The notes under the pieces: model-generated | What the model was told of the DNA's origin: nothing | Database searches by the model: none | What the model saw: only the letters and a program-made list of their open reading frames with translations | DNA from: Candidatus Entotheonellaceae bacterium | Lineage (GTDB): Bacteria; Tectomicrobia; Entotheonellia; Entotheonellales; Entotheonellaceae | Assembly (NCBI GenBank): GCA_965238075.1 | Contig: OZ250173.1 | Span: 288,001-352,000 of the forward strand | DNA length: 64,000 nt | Direction of reading: 5' to 3' | Translations under genes and position numbers: made by a program | Shown: one piece after another, positions 8,389 through 17,621 of the stretch | How the letters are laid out: every line of letters begins with the position of its first letter | Position numbering within the stretch: the stretch's first letter is position 1

Positions 8389-9939
8389 ATGGTTTGGCAA
8401 CCGGAAATCGACGAACTCAACCAACGCCGGGAATTGGCCCGCCAGATGGGCGGCGAGATTGGAATCGGCAGACAGAGAAAGCGCGGCAAGCTGACCGTGC
8501 GCGAGCGGATCGAGGCGATTTCCGACCCGGAATCGTTCCAGGAGATCGGCGGGCTGGCCGGCAGCGCCACCTACAAGGGCGACAAACTGGTGGCTTTCAC
8601 CCCGGCCAACACGGTCATCGGCACGTCAAGACTCGACGGCCGCCGGGTGGTCCTGAACGCCGGCGATTTCACCGTGCGCGGTGGGGCCGCCGATGCCGCC
8701 GTCGGCAACAAAGGCGGTTATGCGCAACGCATGGCATGCGAATGGCGCCTCCCCTACGTGCGGCTGCTGGACGCCGCCGGCGGCAGTGTACGCACCTTTG
8801 AGCAGATCGGCCGTACCTACATTCCGGTGTCATCGAGTACGCCGGGAATCGAGCGGCTGCTGTGCACGGTGCCGGTGGTGTCGGCCGTACTGGGATCGGT
8901 GGCCGGATTGCCGGCGGTGGAAGCCTGCCTGTCGCATTTCAGCCTGATGGTGAAGGATATCAGCCAGGTTTTTCCCGGCGGTCCGCCGGTGGTGAAAGCC
9001 GCCCTCGGGTACGACATCAACAAGGAGGATCTGGGAGATGAACGAACGCAGATTTACGAGGCCGGCGTCATCGACAACCTGGCGGACAGCGAGGCCGACG
9101 CCTTTCGCATGATCCGGCGTTTCCTCAGCTACCTGCCGGCCAATGTCTGGCAACTGCCGCCGAGGGGTGAGTCCCCCGGAGACACGCAACGCCGCGAGGA
9201 AGCGCTATTGTCCGCCATTCCGAGGCAGAAACGGCGCGCCTATGATCCGTACGCCATCCTGGGTTATGTGCTCGACCCGGATTCGTTGTTCGAGATCGCC
9301 CCTTTGTACGGACGCTCCCGCATTACCGCCCTGGCGCGGGTCAACGGCTATCCGGTCGGCGTTATGGCCCACAACCCGCGATTTCTCGGCAGCTCCATGG
9401 ACTTGGCCGCTGGGCAGAAGGTCATCCGCTTCCTGCAGTTGTGCGACACCTTTCACCTGCCCATGGTGTATTTCGCTGACGAGCCGGGCTTCATGGTCGG
9501 ACTCGAAGCCCAAAAGCAGGGCATCCTGCGTGGCGGTGCCAAGATGATCTGCACCACCTACCGCACCCGCATGCCGTGGATCAGCGTCGTCATCCGGCAG
9601 CTTTACGGCGTTGCCGGACAATGCCACGACCGCCCCGGCGGCATGTTCCAGCGCGTTGCCTGGCCGTCGGCCCACTGGGGCTCCATGCACATCGAGGGCG
9701 GCGCCACTGCCGCTTATCGCCGCGAGATCGAGGCCGCCCCCGACCCCGAAGCCGCCCGCCGCGACATCGAAGCCCGCCTGCAAGCCATTGCCTCCCCTTT
9801 CCGAACCGCCGAAGCCTTCAACATCGAAGACATCATCGACCCCCGCGACACCCGCCCTATGCTTTGCGACTTCATCGAGACCGCCCAAGACGTTCTGCGC
9901 ACCCAACTTGGCGCCAGCGCCGTGCCTTATCAGCCATGA
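8389..9939 (+). CDS. acyl-CoA carboxylase carboxyltransferase (beta) subunit
   Basis: GKLTVRERI, DFTVRGG, GGPPVV, LCDTFHLP, DEPGFMVG, IIDPRDTR; AGGAG RBS. Confidence 0.9.
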   Translation: MVWQPEIDELNQRRELARQMGGEIGIGRQRKRGKLTVRERIEAISDPESFQEIGGLAGSATYKGDKLVAFTPANTVIGTSRLDGRRVVLNAGDFTVRGGAADAAVGNKGGYAQRMACEWRLPYVRLLDAAGGSVRTFEQIGRTYIPVSSSTPGIERLLCTVPVVSAVLGSVAGLPAVEACLSHFSLMVKDISQVFPGGPPVVKAALGYDINKEDLGDERTQIYEAGVIDNLADSEADAFRMIRRFLSYLPANVWQLPPRGESPGDTQRREEALLSAIPRQKRRAYDPYAILGYVLDPDSLFEIAPLYGRSRITALARVNGYPVGVMAHNPRFLGSSMDLAAGQKVIRFLQLCDTFHLPMVYFADEPGFMVGLEAQKQGILRGGAKMICTTYRTRMPWISVVIRQLYGVAGQCHDRPGGMFQRVAWPSAHWGSMHIEGGATAAYRREIEAAPDPEAARRDIEARLQAIASPFRTAEAFNIEDIIDPRDTRPMLCDFIETAQDVLRTQLGASAVPYQP

Positions 9940-11285
9940 ACGCGCCCAACACCGACCTTTTTTCCAATGCCGAAGCCGCAGCCACCAAACGGAACCGGGT
10001 GCGTTCCAAGGACCGGGCCGTGCATGACTGGTATCGCTTCGTGCTGTCGTTCCCGCCGCACTTGGTGCAACACTACTTGGAACGCTTTGCGATCAGCCCT
10101 TCCGATACCATCCTGGATCCCTTCTGCGGCACCGGCACGACGTTGGTCGAATGCAAGAAGTCCGGCATTCCCAGCGTCGGCATCGAGTCGAACCCGATGG
10201 CGCGATTCGCAAGCGGGGTGAAGGTCGATTGGTTGATCAGCGGCGACCGGCTGCGGGAATACGCGGAGACCGTCGGCTCGTCGACACGCAATGTTCTGGC
10301 GCAACAAGGCATTGACGAATGGAACGGCCTGCCGCTTTTTGCGACAACCGGCGAACCGCCTTGCCCCCTTCTTGAACTTCCTGCCGCGCGCTTAAACCTG
10401 CTGTTGAAGAACTCAATCAGCCCGCTTCCCCTGCACAAGACGTTGGTACTCCTGGCCGCCATCGACGGGCACGGCGGTAGTCACGAACAGCAGTATGGAA
10501 GACTTGCCCTCGCCAATGCGCTCGTGAATCGCATCGGCAATTTGAAATTCGGGCCGGAGGTAGGCGTCGGCCAAGTCAAGCACGATGCACGGGTCGTGGA
10601 CGTCTGGATCGACATCATGCAAAAGATTGCCAGCGACATTGAGGCGCACAAAGACCGGGCCGGAATCCCCGCCAAGGTCATGCAGGCCGACGCACGAGCT
10701 GCGGGTGAGGTTCTCGAACCGGAGTCGGTGAATGCCGTGATTACCTCTCCGCCGTACCCAAACGAAAAAGATTACACCCGTACCACCCGGTTGGAGTCGG
10801 TCATTCTTGGGCTTATTCGCAACCGGCAGGAATTGCGTTCGTTGAAACAGAACCTGATCAGGTCCAACACGCGCGGTGTCTACATATCCGATGATGATCA
10901 CCATGGGGTCGCGGACAATGCTGAGATTCAACGGATCGCCGAAGCCATCGACAAGCGCCGCATCGAGTTGGGCAAAACGTCCGGCTTTGAACGCATGTAC
11001 GCACGGGTCACCCGATTGTACTTCGGCGGCATGCATCGCCATCTTGCGTCTATGCGATCCGTTCTCAAACCGGGAGCAAGGCTAGCCTATGTTGTGGGTG
11101 ATCAGGCGTCGTATCTGCGCGTCATGATCCGTACCGGCCAGATCCTTTCCCAAATTGCCGAGTCTTTGGGTTACGTCGTCACAGGCATTGACCTGTTTCG
11201 CACTCGGCCGTCCACCGTGACCGGCGAACAACTCAGGGAAGAGGTCGTCCTGCTGGAATGGCCGGGTCACTTATCAAGGAGGTAG
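9936..11285 (+). CDS. DNA amino-methyltransferase (SPPY, probably N4-cytosine; motif I precedes motif IV)
   Basis: ILDPFCGTGTT SAM-binding motif and VITSPPY catalytic motif; ATGA overlap with upstream gene. Confidence 0.9.
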   Translation: MNAPNTDLFSNAEAAATKRNRVRSKDRAVHDWYRFVLSFPPHLVQHYLERFAISPSDTILDPFCGTGTTLVECKKSGIPSVGIESNPMARFASGVKVDWLISGDRLREYAETVGSSTRNVLAQQGIDEWNGLPLFATTGEPPCPLLELPAARLNLLLKNSISPLPLHKTLVLLAAIDGHGGSHEQQYGRLALANALVNRIGNLKFGPEVGVGQVKHDARVVDVWIDIMQKIASDIEAHKDRAGIPAKVMQADARAAGEVLEPESVNAVITSPPYPNEKDYTRTTRLESVILGLIRNRQELRSLKQNLIRSNTRGVYISDDDHHGVADNAEIQRIAEAIDKRRIELGKTSGFERMYARVTRLYFGGMHRHLASMRSVLKPGARLAYVVGDQASYLRVMIRTGQILSQIAESLGYVVTGIDLFRTRPSTVTGEQLREEVVLLEWPGHLSRR

Positions 11286-11288
11286 CCC

Positions 11289-12092
11289 ATTCCTACTCAA
11301 AACCGTTACGCCACCATCATCGAGGCAATTTTCCAAGCCAAATACCAGCCGGACGAGCGCAGTGTTGATTTTGAACGGGAAGATATCGTCGCCTTTGCAT
11401 CTGAGTTGAACGTCAACCTGCCCAAAAATCTCGGTGACCTCATATACAGCTTCCGATACCGAACGGACCTGCCGGCCAGCATTCTGAGCACGGCTCCTCA
11501 AGGTGAAACCTGGATCATCCGGTCAGCAGGTAGGAGCAGGTATCGCTTCGTGTTGGTCGGTAATGTGCCCCTCACGCCGAACCTGAATCTCGCGGTTACC
11601 AAGATACCTGACGCCACGCCGGGGATAATCGGCAAGTACACATTCAGCGATGAGCAAGCGGTTTTGGCCCGCGCTCGGTACAACCGCTTGATCGACATAT
11701 TCCTCGGCATTGCCTGTTACTCGCTGCAGAATCATTTCCGCACCACGGTTCCCGGCATGGGACAGGTGGAGACCGACGAAATGTACGTGGGGGTGGACAA
11801 GAGCGGCGCGCACTACGTGATACCCGTGCAAGCCAAGAGCGGGAACGACCGGCTCAGCCGCGTACAGATCGAGCAGGATGTCGCTCTTTGTGCGAGCAAA
11901 TTGCCGTCGCTCATCTGTCGACCCGTTGGCATCCACATGATGCGAACCGATCTTGTGGCGCTTCTCGAATTTGAGCAGAATGACGATGACATCAGGGTGG
12001 TTACGGAAAATCATTACCGACTTGTACCGCCTGACGATGTCACCGACGAAGACTTGATGAGGTACCGGCAGCGGATTTCGGACAGGGCATGA
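11289..12092 (+). CDS. putative type II restriction endonuclease (PD-(D/E)xK-like)
   Basis: Directly after the MTase; QVETDEMY...VIPVQAK candidate nuclease motif; frame open from ATT at 11289 behind AAGGAGG; first near-cognate TTG only at 11406. Confidence 0.7.
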   Translation: MPTQNRYATIIEAIFQAKYQPDERSVDFEREDIVAFASELNVNLPKNLGDLIYSFRYRTDLPASILSTAPQGETWIIRSAGRSRYRFVLVGNVPLTPNLNLAVTKIPDATPGIIGKYTFSDEQAVLARARYNRLIDIFLGIACYSLQNHFRTTVPGMGQVETDEMYVGVDKSGAHYVIPVQAKSGNDRLSRVQIEQDVALCASKLPSLICRPVGIHMMRTDLVALLEFEQNDDDIRVVTENHYRLVPPDDVTDEDLMRYRQRISDRA

Positions 12093-12109
12093 CGGTAAGG
12101 ATCGTCAAG

Positions 12110-13966
12110 TTACGCCTGCACCGGCAGTACCACGTGCGACGGATGCTCCGAGTCGTGGTAGACCGTCTGGTGTGCTTCCTGGCAGCGTTGCTCCAGACCG
12201 AGGGGACCGCCAGTGTTGGGGTTGACGTCGAAGCGGGGCCAGTTGCTGCTGCTGACATCGAGCCGGATGCGGTGGCCGGCCTTGAAGACATTTGAGGTGG
12301 GATAGAGGAAGAAGACGAACTCGTACGCCTGCCCCGGCGTCAGGAACTCCGGCTTTTCGTAGCCATTGCGGTAGCGCGCCCGGATGATGGAGTCGGTGAT
12401 GTTGATGGCCAAGCCGTCCGGGTGCTCCGTGCTGGGCGGGTAGACGTCGATGAGCTTGGCGGTGAAATCCGTGTCGGGAGCCGATGACGACGCCCACAAG
12501 TGCATCTCGATGGGCCCCGTTACCTCCAGCGCCTCGTCCAGCGGCGGCGTCTCGAAGGGCAACACGTCGGGCCGCGCGTTCAGCGGCAATGTATCCCGGC
12601 AGCCGAAGAAATCGGCGCGGCCGCGCTGGTCAAAGCCGCCGGGCTGCATGGCGTCATCCACGGCGGAAATGCCACCGCCGATGGTCGGTACGGGATTCCG
12701 TGGATCAAACGTGTAGCGGCTCGGCTCGGACGCGCCGGACTCCGGCCTGTCCGGCGACAGCACGCCACCGCCATTCAGGTAGTAAGGCGTGTAGCGTGTA
12801 TCCGGCAATGGCCAGTCGGGGGCGTTGCGCCAGTAGCCGCCGTGATGTATCCGCCCCGGAAAATCGCCAGGGCCGCCCGGCGCGCCCTGGATGACGCGGC
12901 GACCATCGCCGGTTCCCATGGTGAAAAAACGCACCGGCGACCAATCCGCCGCCTCGCTGCGCAGGCCCTTCAGCCAGCGGTCGAACCACAGCAGCTTCAT
13001 GTCCAGATAATTGACGTGCGCTTCCGTGCCAAAGTCGAGGTCGCCTGAGTACGTCACCTCATATTGCCCGTGCGTCCACGGTCCCATCAGCAGGTACTGC
13101 GGCGATTGTTTGAGGGCACTGAGACGCATGTAGCTTTCGGTGGTGTTACGGGCGTATGAGTCGTACCAGCCGCCCCAGTATAACGTCGGCACGTCAGCGT
13201 GCTCGTCATAGTACTCGCTCGGCGTGTAGCCCCTGAAGCCCTTCCAGTAGTCGTCGTAATCCGCGTGGGTGAGCACATCCAAGGCCCAACGTTCGTACGA
13301 CGGCAGGCGGCGCAGCAGGGTCGTGCCGGCTTTGAGGGGGAACTGCCGCACCATCTCGGGAATCTTTTCCATGAGCACCTGTTGCAGCGCGGTCTTCAAG
13401 GCGGGATCGGCCTCGGCCTCCTTGCTGGTCGCCGCCATACGAAAGGCATAGATCAGAAACCGCTGCTCCAGGGCGCCGTTGTGGCGCATGGAACTGTGGT
13501 AGTAATTCGAGGCACCGACCGCCACGATCATCGTCGCCAGATGCGGCGGGTTCAGTGTCGCCAAGGCGCTCTGGTCGCTGCCGGCGTACGAGTCGCCCAT
13601 GGTGCCGACTTTGCCCGTGCTCCAGGGCTGGGTGCCGAGCCACTCCACCGTTGCGTAGCCGTCCTCCGCCTCCCTGGCGAAGGCGTACCACTCCCCTTCC
13701 GAAGCAAACCGCCCGCGTACGTCCTGAATTGCGCACACGTAGCCGCGTCGCGCAAAATACTTTCCCTTGGTTACTTGTGCCGGCGCCGCCTTGTTGTATG
13801 GCGTGCGCTCCAGAATCACCGGAAACATCCCCGGCGCTCGGGCATCGCCAAGCGCCGGGTAATAGATATCGGCGGCCAGGCTGACGCCATCCGGCATAGG
13901 GGCCATGACGTTGTGCTCAATCGCCACGCTGTATGCTTGAGGGGACCCTTCGTAGTTATTCGTCAT
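12110..13966 (-). CDS. CocE/NonD family serine hydrolase
   Basis: DGVSLAADIY, LERTPY, QDVRGRFASEG, GDSYAG nucleophile, GGWYD, GPWTH, SSSNWPRFDVN. Confidence 0.93.
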   Translation of the reverse strand: MTNNYEGSPQAYSVAIEHNVMAPMPDGVSLAADIYYPALGDARAPGMFPVILERTPYNKAAPAQVTKGKYFARRGYVCAIQDVRGRFASEGEWYAFAREAEDGYATVEWLGTQPWSTGKVGTMGDSYAGSDQSALATLNPPHLATMIVAVGASNYYHSSMRHNGALEQRFLIYAFRMAATSKEAEADPALKTALQQVLMEKIPEMVRQFPLKAGTTLLRRLPSYERWALDVLTHADYDDYWKGFRGYTPSEYYDEHADVPTLYWGGWYDSYARNTTESYMRLSALKQSPQYLLMGPWTHGQYEVTYSGDLDFGTEAHVNYLDMKLLWFDRWLKGLRSEAADWSPVRFFTMGTGDGRRVIQGAPGGPGDFPGRIHHGGYWRNAPDWPLPDTRYTPYYLNGGGVLSPDRPESGASEPSRYTFDPRNPVPTIGGGISAVDDAMQPGGFDQRGRADFFGCRDTLPLNARPDVLPFETPPLDEALEVTGPIEMHLWASSSAPDTDFTAKLIDVYPPSTEHPDGLAINITDSIIRARYRNGYEKPEFLTPGQAYEFVFFLYPTSNVFKAGHRIRLDVSSSNWPRFDVNPNTGGPLGLEQRCQEAHQTVYHDSEHPSHVVLPVQA

Positions 13967-14009
13967 GGCCTTCCTTTCTTCTGTTGCGCCTTTCATTGTG
14001 TATCCCGCG

Positions 14010-14146
14010 GCAGGGTAAGCGCATATGGCGTTACCCAGGGGCAAACCGCTTGCGTCTAGCCTTTACCCCTCGACGGAATATCAAGGGGTAATTCGAAAAA
14101 TTGCTGGAACCAAACGCATGGCAATGCTCATATGCGCTTACCCTGC
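14010..14146. mobile_element. 137-bp MITE/REP doublet with 17-bp perfect TIRs and 8-bp target-site duplication
   Basis: gcagggtaagcgcatat (14010-14026) and atatgcgcttaccctgc (14130-14146), flanked by atcccgcg at 14002-14009 and 14147-14154. Confidence 0.8.
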
Positions 14147-14253
14147 ATCCCGCGGCAGCCTTATCAACGATCTTGCGGGTTCCATGATAACCTACCTGAT
14201 TCATGTAAGCTGAACTGAGCGGTCACCGCCTTTCATCGGAAGGAGAGAATACA

Positions 14254-15111
14254 TTGGGCAAGCTGGATGGCAAGGTAACGATCGTCACCGGGGCAAGCCG
14301 GGGTATCGGCGCTGAAATTGCCAAGTTATTCGCGGCGCAGGGCGGCAAGATCGTCTGCGTAGCGCGGACGGTGCAGGAAGGCACGCACCCGCTGGAGGGT
14401 TCGCTGGAAAAAACGGTCGCTGACATTCGCGCGGCGGGCGGCGAAGCCAGCGCGGTGCAGGCCAACATATCGTTGCCCGAGGAGTGCGAAGCGCTCGTGA
14501 AGGAGAGCCGGCGGATATACGGCCCGGTGCAAGTATTGGTCAACAACGCGGCCCTCACCTACTTCCTGCCGATACGGGAATATGCCTTGAATCGCTGGAT
14601 GCGCTCGTGGGCCGTGAACCTCCATGCCCCGTTCATCCTCAGCAAATTGGTGTTGGACGACATGGTAGAAGCCCGCAGCGGCAGCATCGTCAACATCTCG
14701 TCAGCCGCTGCCGTGGGGCCCGGCAGGGGTCCGTATCCCGACGACAGCAGCGCGTTGCGCGGCGGCACCTGTTACGGCGCCGAAAAAGCGGCTCTCGAGC
14801 GCTTCAGCCAGGGCTTGGCGCACGAGGTCTACCCGTTCGGTGTTTCGATTACCTGCGTCTCGCCCTCGCTCGTCGTCCCGACACCGGGAACGGTGTTTCA
14901 CAACCTCGTCACCGGTATGGACGACCCACGCGGTGAGCCTCCCGAATTGATGGCGCAAGCGGTTCTGCTGCTGGCCACGGAACCCCTGGATGCCGTTACC
15001 GGACGAGTGACCTACAGCCAGCAGATCCTCCTGGAATACGGCCTGATCAAAGAAGGCAGAGGCCGCGGCGTTGATCCCAACATGCCGACGACCTGTTACA
15101 GCCAACGCTAG
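14254..15111 (+). CDS. short-chain dehydrogenase/reductase
   Basis: TGASRGIG, LVNNA, IVNISS, YGAEK (YxxxK); TTG start after GGAG. Confidence 0.92.
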   Translation: MGKLDGKVTIVTGASRGIGAEIAKLFAAQGGKIVCVARTVQEGTHPLEGSLEKTVADIRAAGGEASAVQANISLPEECEALVKESRRIYGPVQVLVNNAALTYFLPIREYALNRWMRSWAVNLHAPFILSKLVLDDMVEARSGSIVNISSAAAVGPGRGPYPDDSSALRGGTCYGAEKAALERFSQGLAHEVYPFGVSITCVSPSLVVPTPGTVFHNLVTGMDDPRGEPPELMAQAVLLLATEPLDAVTGRVTYSQQILLEYGLIKEGRGRGVDPNMPTTCYSQR

Positions 15112-15134
15112 CTCGGGGGCGCTTGACCCCGGTT

Positions 15135-15176
15135 GGCGGGCATGGGATGATCCCCGCCTGTCAACCCGCCTTTTTT
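15135..15176 (+). terminator. possible intrinsic terminator or attenuator
   Basis: ggcggg can pair with cccgcc immediately followed by T6. Confidence 0.4.
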
Positions 15177-15231
15177 GCCAAATCAATCGCCACACAACGT
15201 AACCGCTATCGCCCAAAAGGAGAGGTGAAAA

Positions 15232-16068
15232 ATGCTCATTGGCGTCAGCATGTTCGCAACCGATTACGCCATCCAAATCGATGACCTGGCCCGCGAGGCC
15301 GAGGCCCGAGGCTTTGAGTCGCTGTGGGTTCCCGAACACACCCACATCCCCAGCAGCCGGCGAACCCCGTGGCCGGGCGGCGCCGAATTGCCGAAGGAAT
15401 ACAGCCATACATACGACCCGTTCGTGGCCCTCATGTTCGCCGCTGCAGTCACCAGCACCATCAAGATCGGCACCGGCATCTGTCTGGTTATCGAGCGCGA
15501 CACCATTACAATGGCCAAGGAAATCGCCAGCCTTGACCGCCTTTCGGGCGGGCGTTTTCTGTTCGGCGTCGGCGGCGGCTGGAACGCTGAGGAGATGGAG
15601 CACCACGGCACGGCATTCAAGACACGTTTCAGAAAAATGGTCGAGCAGGTGCAGGCCCTGAAAACCATCTGGACGCAGGACGAGGCTGAGTTCCACGGTG
15701 ATTTTGTCAACTTCGACGCACTGTGGTCGTGGCCCAAACCCCTGCAGCAGCCGCACCCGCCGATCTTCCTCGGCGGCGAGACGTCATACACCCTGCAGCG
15801 CGTGGTGGATTACTGCGACGGCTGGTTGCCGCGCAGCCGTCGGCCGGAACTGATCCTGCAAGGAATCGGCGAACTCAGGGAACGCGCCGCCAAGGCGGGG
15901 CGTGACATGAAGACGATCTCCGTCACCGCCTCCGGCGCGCCGGGGGACCCCAAGTTGGTCGACAGCTACCGTGAAGCCGGCTGCGATCGCTGCATTTTCA
16001 GCCTGCCGTCGGCTGAGCGCGACACCGTGCTGCCCCTCCTCGACAAATACACGTCCTTCATTCAGTAG
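15232..16068 (+). CDS. LLM-class (probably F420-dependent) oxidoreductase
   Basis: GFESLWVPEHTHIP, DPFVAL, SLDRLSGGRFLFGVGGGWN, WPKPLQQPHPPI. Confidence 0.9.
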   Translation: MLIGVSMFATDYAIQIDDLAREAEARGFESLWVPEHTHIPSSRRTPWPGGAELPKEYSHTYDPFVALMFAAAVTSTIKIGTGICLVIERDTITMAKEIASLDRLSGGRFLFGVGGGWNAEEMEHHGTAFKTRFRKMVEQVQALKTIWTQDEAEFHGDFVNFDALWSWPKPLQQPHPPIFLGGETSYTLQRVVDYCDGWLPRSRRPELILQGIGELRERAAKAGRDMKTISVTASGAPGDPKLVDSYREAGCDRCIFSLPSAERDTVLPLLDKYTSFIQ

Positions 16069-16098
16069 GGACGGCTTCCGAAAAGGGACTTCATTCAC

Positions 16099-17199
16099 AT
16101 GGAATTGGAAAAGCTGACGCTGCAGCACGTTGACGTGCAGGCCGTGCTGGTGCCGCTGAGCCGCCCGGTGGTTTCCAGAGTGGGCCTGTATGAACAATGG
16201 CCGCTCATTCTGATCGATCTCCACGCCCACGAGGGCGTCGTCGGCCGCAGCTACCTGGCGCCGTACCTGAAGCAATCGGTGGCTTACCTCGTTCCGGCCA
16301 TCCACGACTTGGCCACGGCTTGGCAAGGCCAATCCCTGGCGCCTGTGGATGCTTATCAAACGGGAAGGAAATCGCTCAGTTTGGTGGGACTGGAAGGCAT
16401 GTCATTGATCGCCGTCTCGGGCCTCGACATGGCGGCCTGGGACGCGTTGGCAAAAGCCGCGAACCTGCCGCTGGCCGTCCTGCTCGGCGGCTCGCTGGCG
16501 CCGGTGCCGGCCTACAACAGCAATGGCCTGTGGCTGACGCCCTTGGACACGCTGGCCGAAGAGGCAGCGGCACTGGTTGAGGAGGGCGGTTTCACGGCGC
16601 TCAAACTTCGACTCGGGCGCGCCAAGCTTGACGACGACCTGACGGCCATCAATAACGTGCGCGACGCAGTCGGTGACGACGTCAAACTCATGTGCGATTT
16701 CAATCAGGGCTTATCGCTCGGCGATGCCCTGGTTCGCTGCCACGACCTGGACGACGAGGGGCTCTACTGGTTTGAAGAACCCATCGCCTACAACAATCTG
16801 ACCGGCTATGCGCAGCTAACCGGCGAACTGGCCACCCCGGTACAACTCGGCGAGAATTTCTACGGACCGCGTGCTGTTTACGAAGCACTGCTTGCGGGGG
16901 CCGGCGACTACATCATGCCAGACCTGATGCGCATCGGCGGGGTCACGGGCTGGATGCGGGCGGCTGCCATCGCCGGCGTGGCCGGTATCGAGATGTCATC
17001 GCACCTCTACCCGGAAGTATCCAGTCACCTGCTGCGCGTCAGCGAGACCGGGCATTGGCTGGAGTGGCAGGACTGGTGCGACCTCATCGTGGCGGAACCG
17101 TTCAAGCTGGAAGATGGGCACCTGGTAATTCCAGACGTGCCCGGCAACGGCTTGGCATGGAACGCCGACGCCGTCGCCCGCTACCGCTTCGAACCCTGA
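16099..17199 (+). CDS. mandelate racemase (enolase superfamily)
   Basis: GLDMAAWDALAK, ALKLRLG, DFNQ, WFEEP, GENFYG, MPDLMRIGGVTGW, SSH. Confidence 0.88.
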   Translation: MELEKLTLQHVDVQAVLVPLSRPVVSRVGLYEQWPLILIDLHAHEGVVGRSYLAPYLKQSVAYLVPAIHDLATAWQGQSLAPVDAYQTGRKSLSLVGLEGMSLIAVSGLDMAAWDALAKAANLPLAVLLGGSLAPVPAYNSNGLWLTPLDTLAEEAAALVEEGGFTALKLRLGRAKLDDDLTAINNVRDAVGDDVKLMCDFNQGLSLGDALVRCHDLDDEGLYWFEEPIAYNNLTGYAQLTGELATPVQLGENFYGPRAVYEALLAGAGDYIMPDLMRIGGVTGWMRAAAIAGVAGIEMSSHLYPEVSSHLLRVSETGHWLEWQDWCDLIVAEPFKLEDGHLVIPDVPGNGLAWNADAVARYRFEP

Positions 17200-17202
17200 C
17201 GC

Positions 17203-17604
17203 TTACGGCGTGTAGGTGAGCGTGAACCGGCCGGTGACGCGGTGGGAATCGACGGAGAGAACCTGCCACTGGATGAGGTACAGCCCGGCGGCCAGGTCTT
17301 CGGGCAGGCGAACGGCCAGTTCCTGGGTCACGGCAGGGCTTTCCGCCATCCCAGCATCGACACGTTCCTGAGGGCTTACCTCACCGGTCTCGGGGTCTCG
17401 CCGCGCGCGATGCACCGTGACCTGGCTGAAGCGGCTTTCGACCCGCTCGCTGAACGACAATCGGATCGCTTCGGGAAGCTGGGCGATTTCGGAATCAGCA
17501 GCCGGTTGGCTGCGAGTCAGCATTCCGTGCGCCGCCGAGATGGACGGCAGCAATACGATCAGCGCGACTAGCGCCAGCCAGCGACTTATCTGAGCGACAG
17601 TCAT
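17203..17604 (-). CDS. copC: CopC family periplasmic copper-binding protein
   Basis: Signal peptide then HGMLTRSQPAADS, IRLSFSERVE, YLIQWQVLSVDSH. Confidence 0.8.
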   Translation of the reverse strand: MTVAQISRWLALVALIVLLPSISAAHGMLTRSQPAADSEIAQLPEAIRLSFSERVESRFSQVTVHRARRDPETGEVSPQERVDAGMAESPAVTQELAVRLPEDLAAGLYLIQWQVLSVDSHRVTGRFTLTYTP

Positions 17605-17621
17605 ATCGATAGGCTCTCCAT

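Noticed and set aside
9576-9935. N-terminal extensions in the ORF track (MTase 9576, SBP 42547, DinB 18895, glmU 21549, DUF2141 41730)
   Set aside because: They overlap upstream genes or intergenic DNA; downstream starts have RBS or ATGA coupling and match family N-termini.
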